Made by a program: the position numbers and the translations under genes. Below the pieces are notes generated by a model. The model had not been told where the DNA came from and ran no database searches. It worked only from the letters and a program-made list of their open reading frames with translations. Shown piece after piece: positions 9,564 through 19,786 of a stretch of DNA of 64,000 nucleotides. The stretch comes from an uncultured Acidobacteriota bacterium (GTDB lineage: Bacteria; Actinomycetota; Acidimicrobiia; Spongiisociales; ZC4RG35), in the NCBI GenBank assembly GCA_963828465.1, contig CAWHEU010000018.1:128001-192000 (forward strand). Direction: 5' to 3'. Position 1 is the first letter of the stretch. Each line of letters begins with the position of its first letter.

Positions 9564-9581
9564 GGCGGTAGCTTCGACCTC

Positions 9582-10424
9582 ATGGACTGGCTGATCGAGC
9601 CCTTCGAACTCGCCTTCCAACAGAGGGCCCTGGTTGCGGGTGTCCTCGCCGCGCTGGCCCTTTCGGTGGTCGGCACCTGGGTGGTCATCCGGGGGATGAC
9701 CTTTCTCGGCGACGCCTTGGTCCATGGTGTCGTCCCCGGCATCGCCATCGCCATCATCTTCGACTTCAACGTTCTCATCGGCGCCGTGCTAGCCGCTATC
9801 GCGATGATCGGCGGAATCAACTTCGTGCACCGCCAGACTGGGTTCTCGGAGGACACCGGCATCGGCCTTCTGTTTGTCGGAATGCTTGGCCTCGGCGTGA
9901 TCCTGATCTCGAGGACCGATTCCTTCGCGGTCAACCTGTCAACCATTCTGTTCGGCGATGCTCTGGGCGTCACCAGAGGAGACCTCATCGCGCTGGCTGT
10001 CGTTGCCGTGATCGTCGTGGCGATGACCATCGCCTTCTACCGGCATTTCCTGGTGCTCTCGTTCAACGAGCAGAAGGCCAGCCTGTTCGGGCTGCGACCA
10101 GGCATGACTCACATCGCTCTGCTCTCTCTGATCACGTTGTCGATCGTCGGCTCATTCCAGACCGTCGGGACCCTTCTGGTGTTCGGGCTGCTCGTCGGCC
10201 CGCCGGCCACAGCTGCCCTCCTCGTCAAGCGGGTGCCCTCGATGATGGCAACGGCGGCTGCGATCGGGATCCTGTCGGTCATCGTGGGCCTTCTCGTCAG
10301 CTACCACGCCAACACATCGGGTTCGGCGACCATGGCTGTCATCCCAATCGTCCTGTTTTTCCTGGTCCTGACCTTCAGATCGGTGCGTCGCCCCATTCCC
10401 GCCGTCTCGAAAGCGGGGAGCTAG
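9582..10424 (+). CDS. znuB: Metal (Zn) ABC transporter permease
   Basis: FLGDALVHGVVPG, EDTGIG, ILFGD, VGTLLVFGLLVGPPATA; multiple TM helices. Confidence 0.92.
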   Translation: MDWLIEPFELAFQQRALVAGVLAALALSVVGTWVVIRGMTFLGDALVHGVVPGIAIAIIFDFNVLIGAVLAAIAMIGGINFVHRQTGFSEDTGIGLLFVGMLGLGVILISRTDSFAVNLSTILFGDALGVTRGDLIALAVVAVIVVAMTIAFYRHFLVLSFNEQKASLFGLRPGMTHIALLSLITLSIVGSFQTVGTLLVFGLLVGPPATAALLVKRVPSMMATAAAIGILSVIVGLLVSYHANTSGSATMAVIPIVLFFLVLTFRSVRRPIPAVSKAGS

Positions 10425-10425
10425 C

Positions 10426-11136
10426 TCACTTCCCCCAGGTCTCGCCCGGTTCCAGCTCTGCGACTTCAGCTCTGGTGTGTTGGCGAAGCTCGTCGGGAGT
10501 ACCGGTCAGGATGGGGAAAGTCGCGTAGTGGATCGGGATCACTGTCGACACTCCAGCCATGTCGGCCGCCCGGCCGGCGTCGCGTGGGCCCATCGTGTAA
10601 TGCCCCCCGATCGGGAATACACCGATAGTCGGGCTGTAGCGCTCGCCGATCAGGGCCATGTCACCGAACAGATCGGTGTCGCCGGATTGGTAGACGACCG
10701 TGCCATCCTCGAACTCGAGAATCCAACCCCAGCACCCGAGATCGCGGGTCACCTGGTCACTCCCGGTTCCCAGCGTGGCGCCCCCGCTGTGGTCGGCGTG
10801 GACCATCGTGAACTTGACCCCAGCTGCCTCCACAGTCCCGCCGTTGTTCATGCCGATCGACTCGATCCCGCGGGATCCGAGCCATATCGACATCTCATGG
10901 GACCCGATCACGGTGGATCCGACGATCTCGGCCAGCTCGACCAGATCGGCGCAATCGTCCCCGACGTGGTCGAAATGACAGTGGGTGGGAGCCACAACGT
11001 CGACCTTCTCAGCCGTTCGGTACTCCTCGGCGTAATTGGGGGCGCCAGTCCATCGGTCGACCCAGATCCAGGCATCACCCGGCGACCGATAGAGGACTCC
11101 CCCATGCCCGAGCCTGGTGATGCGCAGATTGGCCAT
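10426..11136 (-). CDS. Metal-dependent hydrolase, MBL fold (UPF0173-like)
   Basis: LGHG, THCHFDH, HADHS, YQSGDT, PIGGHYTMGP, IPIHYATF. Confidence 0.88.
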   Translation of the reverse strand: MANLRITRLGHGGVLYRSPGDAWIWVDRWTGAPNYAEEYRTAEKVDVVAPTHCHFDHVGDDCADLVELAEIVGSTVIGSHEMSIWLGSRGIESIGMNNGGTVEAAGVKFTMVHADHSGGATLGTGSDQVTRDLGCWGWILEFEDGTVVYQSGDTDLFGDMALIGERYSPTIGVFPIGGHYTMGPRDAGRAADMAGVSTVIPIHYATFPILTGTPDELRQHTRAEVAELEPGETWGK

Positions 11137-11190
11137 GCTGTCTCCTTCCCGTTCAGCCGACGTCGATGGCGGTCAGATCGGGGAAGCTAC

Positions 11191-12096
11191 TCATCGGAGC
11201 AGCGCCAGGACCTCCCCCATCTCGGTGACGGCCCGGGCATCGATGGGGTCGAGGACAACCTGAACATGAGTGATGCCCGCTGCCCCGAAACGCGCCAACG
11301 ACTCGGCCATCTCCGATGTCGAGCCGCTAATCGGCTTCACGTCAGGTCGTTCGCCGCTACCCGCGATCCGGCCGGTGCCACGCTCCAGCCCGACCAGAAC
11401 GGCGACGGTGCGATCGACATCGGCCGGATCCCGACCGACCTGGCGACAGGCTTCGTCGACGGTGTTCAGGAGCGGTGGGAGACCCGCGGGATCGTTGTCG
11501 AAACCGGTGTACCAGCTGTTCCAGAGGTCGACATGCGGGACGGCGATCCTGAGCATCCGCGGCCCATTCGATCCGATCAGTAGCGGCATGTCGTTTCGGG
11601 CCCTGGGCAGCAGCTCCATCTCCCGATGGGTGTAAAACGGGCCATCGTGGTCGATCGAGCCCTCCCTGATCAGGGTTCGGATGATGGTGAATGCCTCCTC
11701 GAAACGCGACACACGATGGTCGAACGGAAAGCCGAAGGCGGCGTATTCGGGTTGATTCCAGCCGGCACCCAGACCAAGCACGAGCCGGCCTCCGCTGATG
11801 TCATCGACCGTTGCCGCCTTCTTCGCGATCATCGCCGGATTGTGGAACGAGGTGGCTGCCACGAGTGGCCCGATGAGGGCCCTGTTGGTGGCCTCACCAA
11901 GGGCGGCCAGCAGCGACCACGCCTCGAGCGGACCACGCACTCCGGTCACCGCATCGCGAAACAGGAGATGGTCGCCGACCCATATCGAGTCGAATCCGAC
12001 CTCCTCGGCGGTATTGGCGATCTCGCGCACCTCCCGCCAGGACACCTGGCGCTCTACTTCGGGAAGCTGTATGCCAACCTTCATCTGACCGCTCAT
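11191..12096 (-). CDS. LLM-class flavin/F420-dependent oxidoreductase
   Basis: GFDSIWVGDH, IGPLVAA, ISGGRLVLGLGAGW, LLIGSNGPRML. Confidence 0.9.
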   Translation of the reverse strand: MSGQMKVGIQLPEVERQVSWREVREIANTAEEVGFDSIWVGDHLLFRDAVTGVRGPLEAWSLLAALGEATNRALIGPLVAATSFHNPAMIAKKAATVDDISGGRLVLGLGAGWNQPEYAAFGFPFDHRVSRFEEAFTIIRTLIREGSIDHDGPFYTHREMELLPRARNDMPLLIGSNGPRMLRIAVPHVDLWNSWYTGFDNDPAGLPPLLNTVDEACRQVGRDPADVDRTVAVLVGLERGTGRIAGSGERPDVKPISGSTSEMAESLARFGAAGITHVQVVLDPIDARAVTEMGEVLALLR

Positions 12097-12103
12097 GGAT
12101 GCG

Positions 12104-13810
12104 ATGGTACGTAACCGGAGGCCAGCCTCTTCCAGCCTCAACCCCGCCCAGCGCCGGGCTCATCTGCGACGCATGGGCGAGGAAACCTTCGACATCGTGG
12201 TGATCGGTGGCGGAGTAACCGGGTGCGGGGTTGCCCTGGACGCGGCCTCGCGAGGACTGTCGGTGGCGCTGGTCGAGCAGCGGGACTACTCATCGGGGAC
12301 ATCGAGCCGCTCGAGCAAGCTATTCCACGGCGGGCTTAGGTATCTGGAGCAGAGGAATTTCAGACTGGTGCGTGAGGCGCTGGCGGAGAGAAACCTCATG
12401 CTCAACCGTCTCTGCCCCCATCTCGCCGAGCCGGTGTCCTTTCTCTACCCGCTGCAACACCGCGTTTGGGAGCGTCTCTACGTCGGCGCAGGCGTCCTTC
12501 TCTACGACATGTTCGCCTCGGCCGCCGACAGCCCGTTGCCCCGCCACACCCATCTGACCCGCAAGGCAGCTCTCGAGATGGCGCCGGCACTGGCGGGGAG
12601 CGACCTGGTGGGGGCGGTCAGGTACTGGGATGCCGTGGTCGACGACGCCCGCCACACGCTGATGCTGGCCCGGACCGCCTCCGCCCACGGTGCCCTGCTC
12701 GCCAGCAGCGTGAGAGCCCGCTCCCTCATCCTCGAAGCCGGGCGCGTCTCAGGCATCGAGGCCACTGACCTCGAGGACGGCAGCGAAATTCGGATCAGGT
12801 CCCGAAGTGTGATCAACGCCACGGGTGTCTGGAGCGACGACATCCAGGCCATGGCCGGGGATCGCGGGCTCGATGTGAAGGCATCCAAAGGGATCCACAT
12901 CGTCGTGCCGCGAGACCGCGTTAGGTCCGACACCGGGTTGATCTTGCGCACCGAGAAGAGTGTCCTTTTCGTCATCCCCTGGGATCGGCACTGGATCCTC
13001 GGGACGACCGACACTCCCTGGGACCTCCGCCGGGCCCATCCCGCCGCCTGCAGCAGCGACATCGACTATCTCCTTACGACGGTGAACAGCGTTCTCGCCG
13101 ACCCTCTCACCCCGGAGGACATCGTCGGCGTGTATGCCGGGCTCCGCCCCCTCCTCACCGGCGAGTCGGATGACACCAGCATGCTGAGCCGGGAGCATGC
13201 CGTCACGGTGTCGGCCACGGGGCTCATCAGCGTCGCCGGCGGCAAATACACCACCTACCGGATCATGGCCCGCGACGCGGTCGATGCCGCCGTCGCGGAT
13301 CTCGGGATGACGGATACCGAATCCCGCACCGACGAAATCGCCCTGGTCGGCGCACGCGGATGGGCCGAGTTGATAGAGGATCCGTCCCGGATCGGCCTAC
13401 CCGATCCCGTGCGGCTTCTAGGACGGTACGGCTCCGAGGTAGGGAGCCTGGCCGCGCTGGTCGAATCCGACCCGTCGCTGGGGCGGCCCCTCGTCGAAGA
13501 GGTCCCCTATTTGCGTGCCGAGATCGCGCTGGCCGCCCTGGAGGAGGGCGCCCTGCATCTCGACGATGTCCTCACCCGTCGCACCAGGATCTCGATCGAG
13601 ACACATGATCGGGGCCTGAGCGCCGCCGAGGATGCGAGCCGGATAATCGGGCCCATCCTCGGCTGGGACGAAGCATCGTTCACCCGGGAGATCGATCACT
13701 ACAGGGCGCGTGTGGCGGCCGAACGAGAATCGCAAGGCCAACCCGACGACAACACCGCCGACGCCGCCCGTATGGGTGCTCCCGACGTGAGAACGGGTCG
13801 GAGCGAGTGA
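12104..13810 (+). CDS. glpD: FAD-dependent glycerol-3-phosphate dehydrogenase/oxidase
   Basis: IGGGVTG, GTSSRSSKLFHGGLRYLEQ, INATGVW, SKGIH, GTTD, YAGLRPL, GGKYTTYR. Confidence 0.93.
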   Translation: MVRNRRPASSSLNPAQRRAHLRRMGEETFDIVVIGGGVTGCGVALDAASRGLSVALVEQRDYSSGTSSRSSKLFHGGLRYLEQRNFRLVREALAERNLMLNRLCPHLAEPVSFLYPLQHRVWERLYVGAGVLLYDMFASAADSPLPRHTHLTRKAALEMAPALAGSDLVGAVRYWDAVVDDARHTLMLARTASAHGALLASSVRARSLILEAGRVSGIEATDLEDGSEIRIRSRSVINATGVWSDDIQAMAGDRGLDVKASKGIHIVVPRDRVRSDTGLILRTEKSVLFVIPWDRHWILGTTDTPWDLRRAHPAACSSDIDYLLTTVNSVLADPLTPEDIVGVYAGLRPLLTGESDDTSMLSREHAVTVSATGLISVAGGKYTTYRIMARDAVDAAVADLGMTDTESRTDEIALVGARGWAELIEDPSRIGLPDPVRLLGRYGSEVGSLAALVESDPSLGRPLVEEVPYLRAEIALAALEEGALHLDDVLTRRTRISIETHDRGLSAAEDASRIIGPILGWDEASFTREIDHYRARVAAERESQGQPDDNTADAARMGAPDVRTGRSE

Positions 13811-15059
13811 TCAGTGAAGCTTCCAACTCGGCGTCGGTGGGAAGGGCGGCACGGTCGAAGTTGCTCACCGCGTTCCAGAGGATCCAGCCCACGCCGAGAT
13901 CCTCCGCCGCCTGTATCGATGTCCTGATCTGAGCGTTGGTCCACCAGAACGCCTGCAGCCACGGCCGCAAGACGACACCCTGCTCGATGCGCTCCTGGGC
14001 GTCCTGGATGGCGTCCGAGGTGACGTCGTAGGGGTGCTCGTTGGGGTCGTCGAGGCCGAGCCAGCCCGGTGAGTAGTGACTGGGGTACACCATTGGGCTG
14101 AAGGCGTCGAGGTGACGGGTCAGCTCTTCGGGCCGCTGCCCGATCCCCTGATCGTTGTTGGCCGAGACCACGATGGCGAACACGTCAGCGCTCACTGCAC
14201 AGCCCTCGGCATGGATCCTCTCCTGCGCCGCTCGGAGAAAGCCCTCGATCACGGTGGTCCGCTCCTCTTCCGTCATCTCGAGCTGACCGCTGATCTGTGC
14301 CGCCTCCTCCGACGGGAATCGCACGTAGTCGAACTGGATCTCGTCGAACCCGAGCCGGCACGCCTCCTCTCCGAGGGCAATGGGGTACTCCCATGCCGAT
14401 GTTTTGGTCGGGTTGATCCATTTCCCGTCATACGCCTCTTCGGGCCGGAATTCCGCCCGGTACGAGTCCTCGAACGTGACGATGCGGGTGATCGTGTAGA
14501 GATCATGCTCCTTGGCCTGGGCGATCCGCTCTGCGGGGTCATAGACATTCACCACGGCGCCCGACTCATGGGCCTCTGCAACCTCGGTGTCATAGAACAC
14601 CTTCCCGCCTTCCTGCTTGGTATCGAAGACGAACGCGTTTATTGCGGTCTCATCGGCCAGGGTGAGCAATGCGGCGAACCTCTCGTCGTCTCCGGCGCCC
14701 TCCGCTCCCACCCGCAAGGCACGAAGGCGACGGGGTTCCATCGCCACCTGGGTGAACGCATTCGATCCATCCCAGGCCGACTCCACGCCTACCCACGCCG
14801 GCTTGTCGACCTGAAGCGGGCCGGGGGTGGCGAGCATGTCGAACCAACCATCCGGGGCGGTGACTGCTGAGTTCGCTCCTACCGTCACTGTTGCCCGGGG
14901 TACAGGGATGCCGCTGGGGTCGGTCACCTTCCCGAGGAGCTGGATCCCTGGGACTGTCGTGGCGGCAGCGAGATCCCCCGCTCCATCGCCCCCCTCCTCA
15001 CCGGACGTACAGCCAGCAAGCAACAGAAGGATCGTGATGAGGACGGCGCGCCGGCTCAT
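13680..15059 (-). CDS. Lipoprotein with carboxypeptidase-regulatory-like domain + putative glycoside hydrolase (DUF4015-like)
   Basis: Lipobox LAGC, GKVTD..G.P, TRIVTFED, GFDEIQFDYVRFP, SPMVYPSHY, RPWLQAF, WILWN; last ~40 aa overlap glpD and may be indel read-through. Confidence 0.75.
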   Translation of the reverse strand: MSRRAVLITILLLLAGCTSGEEGGDGAGDLAAATTVPGIQLLGKVTDPSGIPVPRATVTVGANSAVTAPDGWFDMLATPGPLQVDKPAWVGVESAWDGSNAFTQVAMEPRRLRALRVGAEGAGDDERFAALLTLADETAINAFVFDTKQEGGKVFYDTEVAEAHESGAVVNVYDPAERIAQAKEHDLYTITRIVTFEDSYRAEFRPEEAYDGKWINPTKTSAWEYPIALGEEACRLGFDEIQFDYVRFPSEEAAQISGQLEMTEEERTTVIEGFLRAAQERIHAEGCAVSADVFAIVVSANNDQGIGQRPEELTRHLDAFSPMVYPSHYSPGWLGLDDPNEHPYDVTSDAIQDAQERIEQGVVLRPWLQAFWWTNAQIRTSIQAAEDLGVGWILWNAVSNFDRAALPTDAELEASLITRSDPFSRREHPYGRRRRCCRRVGLAILVRPPHAPCSDRSPG

Positions 15060-15070
15060 GTCCGACCCGG

Positions 15071-15526
15071 TCAGGCTCCGAGGCGGAGCACCATCGCCGT
15101 GATCGTGAACAGGAGAAGGACGGTATCGAGGATCCCGAAGCCGGCCAGCCGTCCCCTGGCGGCGTTCACCGCTTCCTGATCACCGGCATCGATTGCGTCT
15201 GCTGCCCGAACCGAGCCACGCTCGAACACGAAGATGCCAAGCAAGGTGCCGATGAGGATCATGGCGAATCCGATAGTCACGAAGGTGCTGCCGAATCCGT
15301 ATGCCTCGTTGATGAGCACCATCCAGATCCCGGTGGCGAGCAGGACGATGGCAGCCGGCATGTAGAGACGGGTGGACAGGCCCGCGGCGATTCGGAACCA
15401 CCCGGCGGCTGCGGCCGGGCCTTGCCGTGCCGCCATCGATGGCGCCATCGCCTGGACGAGGTTGGCCCCGAGCCAGCTGCCCGCAGCGGCGATGTGCAGC
15501 ACCAGCAGGATTTCGCTCAATTCCAT
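15071..15526 (-). CDS. Membrane protein (DUF2269-like)
   Basis: LHIAAA..WLG, LLATGIWM, four hydrophobic helices. Confidence 0.65.
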   Translation of the reverse strand: MELSEILLVLHIAAAGSWLGANLVQAMAPSMAARQGPAAAAGWFRIAAGLSTRLYMPAAIVLLATGIWMVLINEAYGFGSTFVTIGFAMILIGTLLGIFVFERGSVRAADAIDAGDQEAVNAARGRLAGFGILDTVLLLFTITAMVLRLGA

Positions 15527-15611
15527 GGGACTCCGATCGCTCAGGGAAAAGGTACCCGGATTGAGTGTTTCTTCGTGGGCTTACCATCGCCGGCCCAAAT
15601 CTAAGGCAACA

Positions 15612-15986
15612 GTGGCAAGCAAATCTGAAGGCATCGGCTGTCGGGACGCGGCGCTCTCCACCGTTTTCCTGGTCGCCTTCGGGATCGTCTTCTTCGCCAC
15701 CGGGCTCACCTTGATCAATCGCGACGTCTGCACGGGGCTCTGCGAGACCCTCGGGCTCACCCTTCTCTATGCCGGTGGTCCTGTATCGGCGCTGTTCGGG
15801 ATCTTCAGCGACTCTGTGATCGTGGCCTGGCCGCTCGATGTGATCCTGTGGGTCGTGCTCGGTTTCGGGGTGGCACGCTACGCATCGAACCGTCGAATCC
15901 AGCCCTGGGGACCTCTAGTTGCCCTTCTTGCTTTCTTTCTGATCTACGGACTAGTCCTTTCGCAGTTAGTCGAATTGACCGTCTAG
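15612..15986 (+). CDS. Hypothetical membrane protein
   Basis: Several hydrophobic segments; fills the gap; start uncertain. Confidence 0.6.
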   Translation: MASKSEGIGCRDAALSTVFLVAFGIVFFATGLTLINRDVCTGLCETLGLTLLYAGGPVSALFGIFSDSVIVAWPLDVILWVVLGFGVARYASNRRIQPWGPLVALLAFFLIYGLVLSQLVELTV

Positions 15987-16018
15987 AAGTGCCCGCTGAG
16001 TGATGGGTCCCGGCTTCA

Positions 16019-16369
16019 ATGATGGAGGTGCTCCGGGTTCGAAATCTCTCCGCATTGGCAGCTGTCCTTCTCCTGACGGCGGCCTCGCTGGGCACCACCG
16101 CACTCTTTTCGGCGGATGGTCCCGGAGCGGATCTACACCCCGTCGACGGGGCCGATGAGGTCGTGCAGATCCTTCAGGGCAACCGGACGGTGCTCTGGAC
16201 CGCTCTCACCGGCTCGGTGGGGATGTACCGGGTCGAAGGCTGGCCGGTCACCGAGAACGGCAACGACCTGGGCGGCGCGTTGGTGATCCAGCGCCCCGCA
16301 GACGGCTCGGCCGGCGTGATCGAGTTCGGCGAGAAGCCGAAGTCGATCGTCTTCGATCTCGACGGTTAG
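16019..16369 (+). CDS. Hypothetical secreted protein
   Basis: Signal-peptide-like N-terminus, normal codon pattern, abuts the next gene. Confidence 0.55.
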   Translation: MMEVLRVRNLSALAAVLLLTAASLGTTALFSADGPGADLHPVDGADEVVQILQGNRTVLWTALTGSVGMYRVEGWPVTENGNDLGGALVIQRPADGSAGVIEFGEKPKSIVFDLDG

Positions 16370-17623
16370 TCAGACCGCCAGATACTGATCCAACTCGCCT
16401 TCCTCGTAAGGCCCCACCGCGCCGATCATGCGCTGACCCCGGTACATGTCTGTGGCGATGGACTGGACCTCATCGAGGCTGACTGCCTCCAGTTTCGCCA
16501 GCCGCTCGTCGACCGACAGGTGGGGCATGCCCGCCAGCTCGTCCCGGCCCAGCCTCACCATCCGGCTGTTGGGATCCTCCATGGCGAGGGCGAGACCGCC
16601 ACGCATCGAGCCCTTGGCCCGCTCCAGCTCCTCGACCGTGATCCCCTCTTCGACGACCTTGTCGAGCTCCTCTTTGATCACGGCCATCGCGGTCTCGGTC
16701 TGGCTCGGCGTCGTTCCCACGTAGACACCCCAGGCACCGGCGTCGGCATATGCCATCTTGAAGCCGTACACCGCGTAGGCCAGCCCCCGCTCCTCCCGGA
16801 TCTCGCGGAAGAGACGGGAAGACATGCCCGAGCCCATGACGTGGTTGAGCACCTCGAACGCCCAACGCCGCTCATCGCTCCTGGTAAGGCCCTTGCCTCC
16901 GATGACGAGGTGGGCCTGCTCCGTCTCCCGATGTGTGATCTTGACCACCGGCCAGGGGGCCGCTTCGGCCTGCTCATGCTTCACGGTCTCTCCTGACCAG
17001 TCGCCAAACCGTTCGGCCACCATGTCCACGACGGCCTCGTGGTCGATCGATCCGGCTGCCGCCACCACCATGGAGCCTGCCCCGTAGCGCCGGTTCCAAT
17101 AGCCGAGGATGTCGTCCCGGGACATGGCCCGTATCGATTCGCGGGTTCCAAGCACCGGGGCCTCGAGCGGGTGGTCGACGAATACGGCCATCGTGAAGTT
17201 CTCGAAGGCGACGTCGTCGGGGTCGTCATCGTTCATGTTGATCTCTTCGATTACCACCTGACGCTCGGCGTCGATCTCGTTCTGCCGGAAGGCGGGTCGC
17301 TGCAGCATCTCGGACAGGACATCGAATCCGGTACCCAGGTCCTGATCGAGGAGCCTCACCCAATAGCAGGTGCTCTCTTTCGATGTGAAGGCATTGGACT
17401 CCGCTCCTATTGCGTCGAAGATCTCCGACACCTGACGCGCCGACAGCTTCTCCGAGCCCTTGAAGAGGAGATGCTCCAGGAAGTGCGAGGCGCCGTGTTC
17501 ACTGGGCAACTCGTCGCGGGTCCCGGTGTCGACCCAGCAGCCGAGGGCAACCGAGCGTAGGGAGGGCATGGGCTCGGTTATGACACGAAGCCCGTTGGGG
17601 AGGGTGGTGAGGTCGTAATGCAC
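16370..17623 (-). CDS. M16 family (pitrilysin-like) zinc peptidase
   Basis: HFLEH inverzincin motif, NAFTSKE, SSRLFREIREERGLAY. Confidence 0.95.
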   Translation of the reverse strand: MHYDLTTLPNGLRVITEPMPSLRSVALGCWVDTGTRDELPSEHGASHFLEHLLFKGSEKLSARQVSEIFDAIGAESNAFTSKESTCYWVRLLDQDLGTGFDVLSEMLQRPAFRQNEIDAERQVVIEEINMNDDDPDDVAFENFTMAVFVDHPLEAPVLGTRESIRAMSRDDILGYWNRRYGAGSMVVAAAGSIDHEAVVDMVAERFGDWSGETVKHEQAEAAPWPVVKITHRETEQAHLVIGGKGLTRSDERRWAFEVLNHVMGSGMSSRLFREIREERGLAYAVYGFKMAYADAGAWGVYVGTTPSQTETAMAVIKEELDKVVEEGITVEELERAKGSMRGGLALAMEDPNSRMVRLGRDELAGMPHLSVDERLAKLEAVSLDEVQSIATDMYRGQRMIGAVGPYEEGELDQYLAV

Positions 17624-17702
17624 GGAGGGGAGTGTATGGGCCTGCCGCCAATAGCGTTTGGGGCCTCGGCCCAGTTTGACACCCGTGAGACAATGACTGG
17701 CT

Positions 17703-19786
17703 ATGCGCGGGACGCGACCAGACCTTTCTCACCGACCTGATCGGGCCCGAAGACCAGGCGATCGAGGCTGTGGTGAGCCGCTATCGAGCGCGTCGCCCCG
17801 GCCGTCACCCGCTTCGCCAGGACGCTATCCAACAACCCGAATCTGCGGGTTCGACTGGGCTCCGAGGCGGCGGCGTCGGCCGACGAAGTGGTCTGCGATC
17901 CGCGGATCTTCCAGGCGGCATACCACCGCAACGCCCCGGTCACCCCCGATGAGGTGGCCATCGCCTCCGCCCTCCACGAGGTGATGCACCTCGTTTCCAC
18001 CAACCTCGACGAGGTGAGGGAGATACCCGACGGCTGGCCGGTCGAGGGTGAATTGGCTCCCGAAGCCAAGGTCGACCTGCTCACCGCCCTCGAGCGGACG
18101 AACAAGCCTGTGGCCGAAGTCCTCTTCTTCTCCCTCGAAGACGCCCGGCAGGAAGCACAGGGTCTCGCTGCCTATCCCGGTGCGCGATCAGTCCTCGCCG
18201 ACCTGTACATGTCGTCCCTCAGCCAGGCGATCTCGCGTTCGGGGGCTTTGAGCCAGTTCGTACTCGGATGCTTTCTCCTCACCGGCGGTTACATCGAACG
18301 CGAGGTCCTGGAGAAGCGGTTCGAGTCACGCGCCACTGCGGCGATCGACGACGCCAGCCATCATTGCGAGACGGCCGCGGATTCGGATGATCCGTGGGAG
18401 GTGGCGCAGCTTGCACTGGAGTTGGAAGCCATCGCACGCGCCCATGGCCTGATCACCGAAGTCCAGGCCAACGACACGCACGCCAAGCAACAACACGCCG
18501 CTCAGGCGGACGCCGAGAAGGCCAAGGACGGGGTGGATGCCGTGCGCATGACCTCGCCGATCCTCAACGACGCCGACTCCTACCAGGACACCAGACGATC
18601 GAGCGAGGCCCGCTCCGGGATGTCCGATCGGAAGGGTGCCTCCGACATCGCCGACGAGGAGTCGACCGATCAGCTGCTCCGGGTCAGTCAGGCGCCTGAC
18701 ATCTTCCTCCCGACCGGTCAGGGCGGAAAGCTGGTCGTGGGGCCGATCCCGTCGTCATTCGCTCGTTTCTCCAATGAGGGGTCGGAGTCATTGGTCCGGA
18801 TGGCGCAGCGCTGGGGCATCGCGCAGCGTCGCGTCTCCGGGGAGTTGTTCCCGCTCTTCGCCGCCAACCAGAGGCGTGGGCTCCGCTCCGGCTTCGACCA
18901 GGGTGACGTGTCCCCACACGCAGCTCTCTTCATCGGGGCCGGGCTCTATCAGCGCCTCTACGAGCGGAGAGCGGCTCGCACCAGACGGACCTACGCCGTC
19001 TCGCTGCTCGTCGACGCGTCGGCCTCGATGCTCAGTCCGGGTAAAGCGGGAAGCTCGTGGGCGATGCCGGCGGCCATGCTCGGTGCCTGGACCATGGCCA
19101 GGCTTTGCGACGAGCTGCAGATCGACTTCGAGGTCGCTCTTTTCAATCGCGGCTTTGCCGCACGACCCGATGACACCGAGGACACCTACCGGCGGAAGAG
19201 ATCGGCGGCCACGGCCGGCCTTCGACGGACCCAGGGCACGGCTGCCGACCGTCTCACGTCGACTGTGAACCACTACGTCGTCAAGCCGTTCGAGCGCCGC
19301 TGGCGAGACGCCGAGCCCACTCTGGCCGGCCTCTTCTACACAGCGGCTGAGCCGAAATCAGCGGCCACGCTGGCCCGCCGGGATCCCAAGACGGCACCAC
19401 CGGTGTCCCTGTTCGAGAAGGCGGCCAATGTGGACGAGTTCAACATCATCCATGCCGCCGAGCGCATGGCGAGGCTCGGTGCCCAGGTGCGTGTGCTCAT
19501 GGTGCTTGCCGACGGGATGACCCGAGGATCGCTCGAGGCGTTGGCGAAGTCGGTGGCAGCCGTCGAGGCAAGCGGCACCACTGTGATCGGAATCGGGATC
19601 GGGGACCACACCGTGGACGAGGCATACCGTCGTCACGAGGTGGTGTCCCAACCGGAGGACCTGACCCAAGCGATGATCAACGGAACCAGAAACGCCCTGC
19701 GCCGGAGTCTGGCCCTGTGGGGGATGGACACATGGTGGCTCAGGGCATCAGAGGTCAAGACATACCAGGAGACGGCTGTTGCCTAA
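17703..19786 (+). CDS. CobT-like protein: HExxH domain + C-terminal vWA domain (5' end apparently frameshifted)
   Basis: LHEVMH...SLEDAR; MIDAS DASAS...LMVLADG, IGIGIG; coding sense continues upstream of 17888 across apparent +1 indels near 17706 and 17785 (RDQTFLTDLIG.../ERVAPAVTRFARTL). Confidence 0.72.

Noticed and set aside
13680-13810. 131-nt convergent overlap of glpD and the DUF4015-like gene as a functional overlap
   Set aside because: The overlapping tail is low-quality Arg-rich sequence, and a TGA lies one frame away near 13811; probably indel read-through.
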